This document shows, piece by piece, positions 38,681 through 48,073 of a stretch of DNA of 48,073 nt; the stretch's first letter is position 1; each line of letters begins with the position of its first letter. This DNA is from Bacteroidia bacterium (GTDB taxonomy: Bacteria > Bacteroidota > Bacteroidia > AKYH767-A > OLB10): contig JABDLV010000141.1 of the NCBI GenBank assembly GCA_013001815.1, positions 1-48,073 of the forward strand. Direction: 5' to 3'. Below the pieces are notes generated by a model that had not been told where the DNA came from, made no database searches, and saw nothing but the letters and a program-made list of their open reading frames with translations. A program made the position numbers and the translations under genes.

Positions 38681-41600
38681 TTACTTACGTTTTATTACTA
38701 CAAATCCGGCTTTTGATTTATTTCCATCTCCAAGATCCAACACATAGTAGTATGTTCCATCCGGTAAATCATCTCCAATAACCAGTAATCCTGCATTGGC
38801 TTTACCATCCCAACTGTTATCGTATCCTTTCTTCTCGTACACTACATTACCCCATCTGTTGAAAATCTTCAATACATTGTTTGGATAATTTTCTATTCCA
38901 TCAATAACCCAGAAATCATAAATTAAATCACCATTCGGGGAGAATGCATTCGGAACAAACACATTTGTTTCTATTACAGGAAGAACATTAATGTAGATAG
39001 TGGCAGTATCACATAAAACAGGACTACCATTATCACATATCACATATGTGATACTGTCAATTCCAAAGAAATTCGGATTAGGAACATAGGTAATAACACC
39101 TGTAATTGGGTCTACTGTGGCAGTTCCATTAGTAGGACCTCCAATTATATTTACCGTAGTTGGATCAACACTACCATCAAGGTCATAATCATTTCCATCA
39201 ACAGTAATGTCTTTAGGACTTCCTTGCTGTGCCATAACAGTATCATTAACCGCTACAGGTGGGTCATTCACCGGCAATACAGTAATAATTACTACAGCTG
39301 TATCGCAATATATTGGAGTTCCTAAGTCACATATTACATAGGTAAATGTATCTGTTCCAAAGAAATCCATATTAGGTATGTAGGTAATTGCACCCGTAAT
39401 TGGATCAACAATCGTCATACCATTATTTGGACCACCAATTACTGTAACTGACGTTGGATCAATATTACCATCTGCATCAAAATCATTTGACAATACAGAA
39501 ATGGTAATAGGTGTGTCTTCATTTGTAGTATCTGCATCATCAACCGCTATTGGAGGATTATTAACAGCCCCAACAGTTATAAATATAGTTGCAGTATCAC
39601 ACAATACAGGAGCTCCAGAATCACAGACCACATACACAATTGTATCAACTCCGTTAAAGTAAGGTGCAGGTGTATAAGTGATTTGACCAGTAACAGGATC
39701 TACCGTTGCAGTACCATTATTTGGTCCGCCAATAATACCAACAGAACCAGGATCAATTCCACCCTCTATATCTGTATCATTCACCAACGGATCAATTACA
39801 ACAGCAGCTCCCTCATTTGTATTAACCGTATCATCAACTGCCACTGGTGGATCATTAACTGGATTTACAGTGATAATCAATAATGCTGTATCGCACAATA
39901 CGGGTGCTCCGGAATCACAAATCTGATAAACAATGGTATCAACACCATTAAAGTTGCTATTTGGGGTATACGTAATATTTCCAGTAGCTGCGTTTACAAG
40001 AGCTGTTCCATTATTTGGAGCAGATATAATAGTTACAGATAGCGTATCAAGGTTTCCATCTAAATCAGTGTCATTTGTTGATACTGACACAGTGATAGGG
40101 TTGTCTTCATTAACGGTAACAGCATCATTTACTGCAATCGGTGGGTCATTAACAGGAAGCACATTTATATATACCGTTGCAGAATCGCAGTATATTGGCA
40201 TTCCAGTATCACAGAACTGATAAACAAGAGAATCCACTCCATTAAAGTTTGGATTTGGAGTATATAAAATTTCTCCTGTAACAGTATCTAATACAGCTGT
40301 ACCATTCAACGGCCCACTCACTATAGAAATTGAAGAAGTATCTATATTATTATCCGGATCAAAATCATTTGACAGTACAGAAATTGTAACAGGTGTGTCT
40401 TCATTTGTACTAACCGTATCGTTAACCACAACAGGTGGTACATTGCTTAATGTAACATTAATTGTAACTACAGCAGTATCGCAGTAAACCGGAAGTCCTA
40501 AATCACAAACTACGTAGGTAAACGTATCTATTCCACCAAAGGTCAATGATGGAGTGTATGTTACATCCCCTGTAATTGGGTCAACGGTTACAGTTCCATT
40601 AGTAGGACCATTAATTACATTTACTGATGTGACGTCTATATTACCTTCTACATCTGTGTCATTGGCAAGAACTGCAACAACTATTGGTGTGTTTGATAAC
40701 GTAGAGTCAATATCATCAACCGCTATAGGTGGATCATTCACCGGAATAATATTTATAACTGTGAATGCTGTATCGCAATTACCAAGTGAATCACAAACAG
40801 AGTAATAGAGCGTATCTAATCCGTTATAATTTGTATTTGGTATATAAACCAAGCTGCCATCAGCTGCTAAAGTGGCTGTTCCATTACTTGGACCTCCAAC
40901 AACTGTAACAATCAATGAATCACCATTAGGGTCATAATCATTAGCTAATACATTTACATAAGCAGTATCTTCTTCTTGAATATTCACTTGCTCATTAGAT
41001 GCAACAGGCCCTATATTTATTATAGGTATAGTTACAGTTACAAGAGCAGTATCACACAATCCAGGAATTCCATTATCACAAACCATGTAGTAGAATGAGT
41101 CAATTACTGAATTTACCCCTGTAAATGGAGTATAGATTATTGAATCACCGTTTAATACTGTTACAGTTCCGTAGTTTGGATTCTGAATTACAAATGTTGA
41201 TAATGTATCACCATCCGGATCAGAATCATTAAACTGAACATCAATTATAGTTGATGTATTTGGAGGAGTAATCGCTGCATCATCATTTGCTATTGGTGGG
41301 TCATTCTCATTTTCTATAGTAATCACCCAAATAGATGTGTCACAATAAACAGGAACTCCCGCATCACAAACCACATAAGTGATTGTGTCGTACCCAAAGA
41401 ATCCGAAGTTTGGTAAATAGGATGCAAGGCCGGAAGCTGAGTTGATGTTAGCAAGCCCATTTGACGGACCACCAATCATGGTTACTGTTGCAATATTATT
41501 GTTAGGATCTGTATCATTTGCAAGAACATTTGTACTCACAGGTATATTTTGATCTGTTGTTGATGTATCCATATTAGCAACAGGTGGAAGATTAATAAAT

Positions 41601-44600
41601 CCAACCAGTATGCTTACGGTGGCAGTGTCACAATAAATAGGTGTGCCATTATCGCAAATTACATATTGCAAGCTATCAAGACCATTGTATCCGAATGTTG
41701 GACTATACAATATATTTCCAGTACCTGGCTGAACAAATGCGATTCCATTTGATGGCGCACTAATTATAGTAATGGAGTTTGTATCTAAATCCATCTCAGG
41801 ATCAATATCATTTACTATTACAGCAATGGTATCAATCATATTCATGGCAACAGTTACGGTATCATTAACAGCAATTATTGGTGAATTAACCGGAATTATT
41901 GTTATAATTTGCCAAGCAGTGTCACAATTAATTGGATAACCAGTATCGCAAATAACATATTGCAATGAATCTAGTCCATTGTAATTAGTATTTGGCGTGT
42001 AAGTAATATCACCTGTAATTGGATCTACAGCAACTGTACCATTCAAAGGTAAAGTGCTAACAGAAACACTGGTGATATCTAAATTGCCATCTACATCACT
42101 ATCATTAGTTGCTGTAGCCAAAATAACTGGCGTATTCTCATTTGTTGATGCAGTATCTACAATAGCTATAGGTGGATCATTAACTGGTAATACATCTATG
42201 ATTACTATTGCCGTATCACATAAACCTGAAGAATCACAAGCCAGATACGTTATGGTATCACCTCCATTGTAGTTTGCATTTGGTGCATAGGTAATCGTAC
42301 CATCGCCATTGTTTATAGCAGAACCATTACTTGGTCCGCCAATTATCACCACACCCATAGAATCACCATTTGCATCAAAATCATTTACTATAACATCAAT
42401 TGTTCCAGTAGAGTCTTCAGATACCGTAAGATTATCATCAACTGCAATTGGTGGTAGATTAGTATTTGGTACTATTACATACACGGTTGCAGTATCACAT
42501 CCCTGAGGTACACCATTGTCGCAAATAACATATACAATTGTATCAATTCCACTTAAGAATGTAACATTAGGAGTATACACAATACTATCTCCATTACTAA
42601 CTGAGGCAACTCCGTTAAATGGGCCTGAAATTATAGTAGTAGTCAATGTATCACCATCTGGATCTATATCATTATTTTGTACATCAATATTTACTGGTAC
42701 TCCTGGGTCAGCAGTAGCATAATCATCTACAGCTATAGGATCATCATTAATTGGATCAACTATGAACAAAATAGTAGCTGTATCACAGTATACAGGCATT
42801 CCGGTATCGCATATCACATATACAGCACTATCCAAACCACTGAAGTCAGCATTTGGTGTGTAAGTAACCTCACCTGTTGATGAATTAACAGTTAATATTC
42901 CATTTACAGGTAGTGTTATAATATTGATACTACTAGTATCTAAATTATTGTCAATATCAATATCGTTTATTATAATACTTGCAGTAACAGAAGAGTCTTC
43001 ATTTACTGAAATAGTATCATTCACGGCAATAATCGGATCATTAACCGGAATTACAGTTATAAATATGGTAGCAGTATCACAATATATCGGCATACCTGAA
43101 TCACAAACTGAATACACAATGGTGTCCAATCCAACAAAGTTTGCAGTTGGAGTATAGCTTATGTTTCCAGTAATTGGATCTATCACAACACTTCCATTTG
43201 AAGGACCTGAATTCACAGTGATACTTGCAGGATTGATATTATTATCAGGGTCGATATCATTTACCGAAGGATTGAATATAACAGCAGAGTCCTCTGCTGT
43301 TGTAATCATATCATCAACTGCTATCAATGAGTCATTAACATCTATTACATTAATGATTACAGTTGCGGTATCGCAATAAACCGGTATTCCAAAGTCACAT
43401 ATCAGATAATCAAAGCTATCCAAACCAACATATCCGATACTTGGGGTGTAGGTCACAATTCCTGTTATAGGATCTACACTTACAGAACCATTCGAAGGAT
43501 TTGTTATCACCGTTACACTTGTAACATTCAAGTTTGAATCCACATCATAATCATTTGCAGGTACATTTATAGCAACCGGAATATCTTGATTGGTTGCTAC
43601 TGTATCATTTATCGCAACTGGTGGGTCATTAGCAGGAGTAACAGTAATAGTTACAACAGCTGTATCACACAGTACCGGTATTCCATTATCACAAACTACA
43701 TATGCAAATGAATCAACTCCATTAAAGTTGGCATTTGGTGTATATAGATATGAACCATCACTATTTAATACTAGCGTTCCATTAAACGTACCAAATACCG
43801 GAGTGGTATTTACAAATAAAGAATCTCCATCCGGATCTGTATCATTAGATAACACAGTGAATCCATTTAATGGGGTATCTTCAGAAGTACTTGCTGCATC
43901 ATCAACAGCCATTGGGTTGAAGTTTATATCCAACACATTAATTAGCACTAAGCCGGTATCGCAATAAATTGGAATTCCTTGGTCACATAACACATAGTAC
44001 AATGAGTCCATTCCCACAAAGAAAGGATTAGGGTTGTATGTAAGAAGCCCGGTAACAGGATCAAATACTGCTGTACCATTATATGGACCCATTATTACAT
44101 TTACACTACTTGAATCAATATTGCCGTCTACATCAATATCGTTAGCCAAAATCGCATAGGATACTGGTGAGTTTTCTGTTGTAGAGGTAGAATCCATTAT
44201 TGCAATAGGTGGATCATTAACCGGATTAACAGTCATATACACTAGAGCAGTATCACAAGCATTAAATGCATCACAAATAATATAAGTCAAAGTATCAAAT
44301 CCGTAAAAATCCGGATTTGGAACATAGGATATACTGTCTCCATTGATTACAGTTGCAGTACCATTCACACTTGGAACTACAATTATGGTTAACAATGAAT
44401 CTCCATCAATATCAAAATCATTTGCTTGAACATTTACTATTATTGAATCATCTTCATTTAACATCACGGTATCATTAACTGCAACCGGTGCATCATTTAC
44501 TCCACCAATATCAATATATACGAATGCTGTATCACATGCCGCAAAAGGATCGCATATTACATAAACTAAAGTGTCAAATCCGTTGTATGAAGGATTTGGT

Positions 44601-47600
44601 GTATATAATATACTGTCACCATTAAGAATACTAACTGAACCATTTGAAGGTCCGGATAAAACAGTGGTAGTTAACGTATCTCCATCAATATCTGTATCAT
44701 TCAATTGTACATTTATCACAACAGAAGAATCTTCAGGTGTTGCAGCTGCATCATCAACCGCAACAGGAGGATCATTTACTGGCAACACCGTTATTATTAC
44801 GGTTGCCGAACCTGTTGCACCATTTCCATCATCAATTAAATATACTAGTGTATCAGTTCCATTGAAATTTGGATTTGGAGTATATAATATTGAATCACCA
44901 TTTACAATCGAAGCAGTTCCATTAGATGGTCCGCTAGCTATCAAAACTGTAGTAAGTGAATCTCCATCAGTATCAAAGTCATTAATTAGTACATCAACAT
45001 AAACTAAAGAATCTTCATTCGTTGTTGCAGAATCATCAATAGCAACAGGTGCATCATTGATCGGATCAACTGTTATGATTACCGTTGCCGTATCCGTGCC
45101 ACCGTTTCCATCTGAGATTACATAAGTTAATGTGTCTGTACCATTAAAGTTGGCATTCGGGGTATAAGTGATTGAATCTCCATTTACCACTACAGCAGTT
45201 CCATTGCTTGGTCCGCTTAATATTGTTGTTGTTAATGCATCGCCATCTAAATCGGAATCATTTGATTGTACATTTACCGTTACAGGCGTATCTTCATTTG
45301 TTGTTGCTACATCGTCCAAAGCAACTGGAGCATCATTAATTGGTAACACATTGATAACCACAGTGGCTGACCCTGTTGCTCCGTTTCCATCATCAATTAC
45401 ATATACCAAGGTATCCGTACCATTGAAATTTGCATTTGGTGTATATAATATTGAGTCACCATTAACTATGATAGCACTACCATTTGATGGACCACTTGCA
45501 ACCAAGATAGTCGTTAATGTATCTCCATCAATATCAAAGTCATTGCTTAATACATTCACATAAACCGGTGTATCTTCATTAGTAGTTGCCATGTCATTCA
45601 CTGCAACAGGAGCATCATTAACTGGCAATACAGTTATTATAACAGTTGCAGAACCAGTCTCTCCATTACCATCAGAAATTATATAAATTAATGTATCAGT
45701 TCCATTGAAGTTGGCATTCGGAGTATATAGTATTGAGTCCCCACTTACAATAGCAACACTACCATTTGATGGACCACTTGATATCAAAATAGTTGTTAGC
45801 GTATCTCCATCAATATCAAAGTCATTGTTTAACACATCAACATAAACTGGTGTATCTTCATTTGTTATAGATGAATCATTTACAGCAACCGGTGGATCAT
45901 TAACCGGATTAACTGTTATTACTACGATTGCCGTATCAGTACCGCCATTACCATCCGAGATAACATAAGTTAATGTGTCGTTTCCGTTGAAGTTTGGATC
46001 CGGTGTATAGGTGATTGAATCACCATTTACTACTACTGCCGTACCATTGCTTGGTCCGCTTAAAATAGTTGTAGTTAATGCATCTCCATCTAAATCAGAA
46101 TCATTTGCCTGTACATCTACTGTTACCGGAGAATCTTCATTCGTAGTGCTTGTATCATCTACTGCTACCGGAGCATCATTAATTGGGTCAACAGTTATTA
46201 CAACTATTGCTGTATCGGTTCCACCATTACCATCTGAGATAACATAAGTCAATGTGTCGTTTCCATTGAAATTCGGATCTGGTGTATAGGTAATGGAATC
46301 TCCATTCACCACTAACGCTACACCATTGCTTGGTCCGCTTAGAATCGCAGTTGTCAATGCATCTCCATCTATATCAGAATCGTTTGCCTGAACATTTACA
46401 ACTACCGGAGTATCTTCATTTGTTGTGCTTGCATCATCAACTGCTACAGGAGCATCATTAACCGGATTAACTGTTATGACTACGGTTGCAGTATCAGCAC
46501 CTCCGAATGGATCAGTTATTATATACACAAGAGTATCAGTACCGTTAAAGTTAGGATTAGGAGTATAACTTATTGAATCACCATTTACTACGCTAGCAAT
46601 TCCGTTATTTGGACCGCTTAATATAGAAGTTGTGAATGGATCTCCATCAACATCTGAATCATTTAATTGAACATTTACAACTACAGTACTGTCTTCATCC
46701 GTATTAGTATTATCATCCAATGCAACAGGAGGATCGTTTGTACCGCCAACATTAATTATAAATATAGCCGTATCACATAAACCACCCGGATCACAAACCG
46801 AATAGGTTATGGTATCTAAACCGTTATAATTCAAATTGGGACTATACTGTATAGAATCACCTACTAATATAGCAGTACCATTCGCTGGACCACCAATAAT
46901 TGAAGTGGTTAATATATCTCCGTCCACATCTGAATCGTTTCCTTGAACATTGTATGTTACCGGTGTGTCCTCAGGGGTAAGGGTACCATCATCCAATGCT
47001 ACCGGTGCATCGTTAATTGGGTCAACCGTGATTACCACAGTTGCCGTATCCGTACCGCCATTGCCATCCGAGATAACATAGGTTAAGGTATCCGTTCCAT
47101 TAAAGTTCGGATCCGGAGAATAGGTGATGGAATCTCCATTCACCACTACTGCTGTGCCATTACTTGGTCCGCTTAATATCGTAGTTGTTAATGCATCACC
47201 ATCCAGGTCAGAATCGTTTGCTTGGACATCAACCGTTACAGGAGTGTCTTCATCTGTTGTATCTGCATCATCAACTGCAACCGGTGCATCATTGATTGGG
47301 TCAACGGTGATTACTACAATGGCTGTATCGGTTCCACCATTACCATCTGAGATAACATAGGTTAATGTGTCTGTACCATTAAAGTTCGCATTCGGAGTGT
47401 AAGTGATTGAGTCACCATTTACCACTACTGCTATACCATTGCTTGGTCCTGATAATATGGTTGTCGTTAAGGCATCGCCATCTAAATCAGAATCATTTGC
47501 TTGTACATCTACAGTTACAGGAGTATCTTCATCTGTTGTTGCTGTATCATCTACTGCTACAGGTGCATCGTTAATCGGATCAACAGTTATGATTACCGTT

Positions 47601-48073
47601 GCCGTATCCGTACCGCCATTGCCATCTGAGATAACATAGGTTAATGAGTCTGAACCAATAAAGTTCGCATTCGGAGTGTAAGTGATTGAGTCACCATTTA
47701 CTACTACCGCTGTACCATTGCTTGGACCAGAAAGAATAGTTGTTGTTAACGCATCGCCATCTAAATCAGAATCATTCGCTTGTACATCTACAGTTACAGG
47801 AGTATCTTCATCTGTTGTTGCTGCATCATCCACTGCAACCGGAGCATCATTGATTGGGTCAACCGTGATTACCACAGTTGCCGTATCGGTTCCGCCATTT
47901 CCGTCTGAGATAATATAAGTTAAGGTATCGTTTCCATTGAAGTTGTCATTCGGAGTATAAGTGATAGAATCACCATTTACTACTACTGCTGTGCCATTAC
48001 TTGGTCCGCTTAATATCGTAGTTGTCAATGCATCACCATCCAGGTCAGAATCGTTTGCTTGTACATCAATTGT
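38681..48073 (-). CDS. Giant T9SS cargo adhesin (adhesin 1; >3100 aa, 5' end outside the window): about 32 tandem-95/Big_9-like repeats plus type-B CTD
   Basis: Frame is open to the window edge; NDAPVAVDD...ND.D.DG...YTPN repeats; CTD VPNAFSPNGD...IFNRWGNVVY...WDG...LPDGTYYY. Confidence 0.94.
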   Translation of the reverse strand, partial: TIDVQANDSDLDGDALTTTILSGPSNGTAVVVNGDSITYTPNDNFNGNDTLTYIISDGNGGTDTATVVITVDPINDAPVAVDDAATTDEDTPVTVDVQANDSDLDGDALTTTILSGPSNGTAVVVNGDSITYTPNANFIGSDSLTYVISDGNGGTDTATVIITVDPINDAPVAVDDTATTDEDTPVTVDVQANDSDLDGDALTTTILSGPSNGIAVVVNGDSITYTPNANFNGTDTLTYVISDGNGGTDTAIVVITVDPINDAPVAVDDADTTDEDTPVTVDVQANDSDLDGDALTTTILSGPSNGTAVVVNGDSITYSPDPNFNGTDTLTYVISDGNGGTDTATVVITVDPINDAPVALDDGTLTPEDTPVTYNVQGNDSDVDGDILTTSIIGGPANGTAILVGDSIQYSPNLNYNGLDTITYSVCDPGGLCDTAIFIINVGGTNDPPVALDDNTNTDEDSTVVVNVQLNDSDVDGDPFTTSILSGPNNGIASVVNGDSISYTPNPNFNGTDTLVYIITDPFGGADTATVVITVNPVNDAPVAVDDASTTNEDTPVVVNVQANDSDIDGDALTTAILSGPSNGVALVVNGDSITYTPDPNFNGNDTLTYVISDGNGGTDTAIVVITVDPINDAPVAVDDTSTTNEDSPVTVDVQANDSDLDGDALTTTILSGPSNGTAVVVNGDSITYTPDPNFNGNDTLTYVISDGNGGTDTAIVVITVNPVNDPPVAVNDSSITNEDTPVYVDVLNNDFDIDGDTLTTILISSGPSNGSVAIVSGDSILYTPNANFNGTDTLIYIISDGNGETGSATVIITVLPVNDAPVAVNDMATTNEDTPVYVNVLSNDFDIDGDTLTTILVASGPSNGSAIIVNGDSILYTPNANFNGTDTLVYVIDDGNGATGSATVVINVLPINDAPVALDDVATTNEDTPVTVNVQSNDSDLDGDALTTTILSGPSNGTAVVVNGDSITYTPNANFNGTDTLTYVISDGNGGTDTATVIITVDPINDAPVAIDDSATTNEDSLVYVDVLINDFDTDGDSLTTVLIASGPSNGTASIVNGDSILYTPNPNFNGTDTLVYLIDDGNGATGSATVIITVLPVNDPPVAVDDAAATPEDSSVVINVQLNDTDIDGDTLTTTVLSGPSNGSVSILNGDSILYTPNPSYNGFDTLVYVICDPFAACDTAFVYIDIGGVNDAPVAVNDTVMLNEDDSIIVNVQANDFDIDGDSLLTIIVVPSVNGTATVINGDSISYVPNPDFYGFDTLTYIICDAFNACDTALVYMTVNPVNDPPIAIMDSTSTTENSPVSYAILANDIDVDGNIDSSSVNVIMGPYNGTAVFDPVTGLLTYNPNPFFVGMDSLYYVLCDQGIPIYCDTGLVLINVLDINFNPMAVDDAASTSEDTPLNGFTVLSNDTDPDGDSLFVNTTPVFGTFNGTLVLNSDGSYLYTPNANFNGVDSFAYVVCDNGIPVLCDTAVVTITVTPANDPPVAINDTVATNQDIPVAINVPANDYDVDSNLNVTSVTVITNPSNGSVSVDPITGIVTYTPSIGYVGLDSFDYLICDFGIPVYCDTATVIINVIDVNDSLIAVDDMITTAEDSAVIFNPSVNDIDPDNNINPASITVNSGPSNGSVVIDPITGNISYTPTANFVGLDTIVYSVCDSGMPIYCDTATIFITVIPVNDPIIAVNDTISVNEDSSVTASIIINDIDIDNNLDTSSINIITLPVNGILTVNSSTGEVTYTPNADFSGLDSAVYVICDTGMPVYCDTATILFIVDPINDDPIAVDDYATADPGVPVNIDVQNNDIDPDGDTLTTTIISGPFNGVASVSNGDSIVYTPNVTFLSGIDTIVYVICDNGVPQGCDTATVYVIVPNTNLPPIAVDDNLTVSEDSTGTIDVIVNDFDANGDSMGVVIIGGPSNGSAINNGDGTITYAPNANYNGGDTITYLACDSSGLCDTAIVIIDVLPVNDPPIAIVDTASTNENTPVILATATNDSDVDGNLDITSVSVSTLPLNGTVAVDPITGDITYTPNTNYNGLDSLQYVICDTGYPINCDTAWQIITIIPVNSPIIAVNDTVTVAMNMIDTIAVIVNDIDPEMDLDTNSITIISAPSNGIAFVQPGTGNILYSPTFGYNGLDSLQYVICDNGTPIYCDTATVSILVGFINLPPVANMDTSTTDQNIPVSTNVLANDTDPNNNIATVTMIGGPSNGLANINSASGLASYLPNFGFFGYDTITYVVCDAGVPVYCDTSIWVITIENENDPPIANDDAAITPPNTSTIIDVQFNDSDPDGDTLSTFVIQNPNYGTVTVLNGDSIIYTPFTGVNSVIDSFYYMVCDNGIPGLCDTALVTVTIPIINIGPVASNEQVNIQEEDTAYVNVLANDYDPNGDSLIVTVVGGPSNGTATLAADGSLVYIPNTNYNGLDTLYYSVCDSLGNCDTAFTVINIIPVNDPPIAVDDIDSTLSNTPIVVAVLANDTDVEGNIDVTSVNVINGPTNGTVTVDPITGDVTYTPSLTFGGIDTFTYVVCDLGLPVYCDTAVVTINVTLSNVPPVVVNDTVSTNEDTPVTISVLSNDFDPDNNIDTSSISIVSGPLNGTAVLDTVTGEILYTPNPNFNGVDSLVYQFCDTGMPIYCDSATVYINVLPVNDPPIAVNDAVTVNEDNPITVSVSTNDTDLDGNLDTLSVTIISAPNNGTALVNAATGNITYTPNSNFNGVDTIVYQICDSGAPVLCDTALLIITVNPVNDPPVAVDDTVNTNEGAAVVIDPLVNDTDIEGGIDPGSVGIIGGPNNGTATVDPVTGQITYTPAPYFNGVDTIVYVVCDSGAPVLCDTATIFITVGAVNNPPIAVDDADTTNEDTPITISVLSNDFDADGNIDPTSVTVIGGPNNGMTIVDPITGAITYIPNMDFFGTDTFTYVICDLGTPIYCDTAVVIITVLPVNDPPVAVNDTVMAQQGSPKDITVDGNDYDLDGSVDPTTVNIIGGPTNGTATVDPITGVITYVPNPNFFGIDSITYVICDNGSPVLCDTATIYINVLPVIETNVFVPNAFSPNGDLIYDFWVIDGIENYPNNVLKIFNRWGNVVYEKKGYDNSWDGKANAGLLVIGDDLPDGTYYYVLDLGDGNKSKAGFVVIKRK
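47000..48073 (-). repeat. Tandem 279-bp (93-aa) near-identical coding repeats
   Basis: Period of 279 nt visible in the DNA and in the shadow ORFs at 47124, 47403 and 47682; related copies near 45100 and 45950-46450. Confidence 0.92.

Noticed and set aside
29709-47918. Many plus-strand ORFs of 60-143 aa with periodic spacing opposite the adhesins
   Set aside because: Antisense shadows of the repeat codon pattern; they mirror the repeat period and have no independent gene features.
48026-48028. ORF-track start of the 3115-aa protein
   Set aside because: A TTG Leu codon in mid-repeat; the frame stays open to the window edge and there is no signal peptide.

Overview
AT-rich Bacteroidota chromosomal window, judged from the T9SS genes, the TAnnTTTG-type promoter elements and the near absence of Shine-Dalgarno sites. 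1-4.7 kb holds the T9SS/gliding motor operon gldKLMN with a terminator. 4.7-26.6 kb holds housekeeping and envelope genes: OsmC-like, a putative OMP, lipA, gap, lpxH, a long M1 peptidase, gatB, an aldo/keto reductase, tag, plsC, eno, eukaryote-type citrate synthase, a GT-C glycosyltransferase, rlmB, a GWxTD lipoprotein, rmuC, an Omp85 paralogue and ung. 26.6-48 kb holds two tandem paralogous minus-strand cassettes, each [giant repeat adhesin with type-B T9SS CTD]-[PorP/SprF]-[PorE-like OmpA lipoprotein]. Cassette 1 is the upstream one (35.5-48 kb) and its adhesin runs off the window edge. The most notable signals are a coordinated gain of cysteines in the CTD, PorP loops and repeats of cassette 2, about 2,950 consecutive codons without Lys/Arg/His in adhesin 1, very dense O-glycosylation sequons, and a duplicated Cys-rich N-terminal domain. 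No rRNA, tRNA, CRISPR array or mobile element was seen. All family calls come from motif recognition, not database searches.
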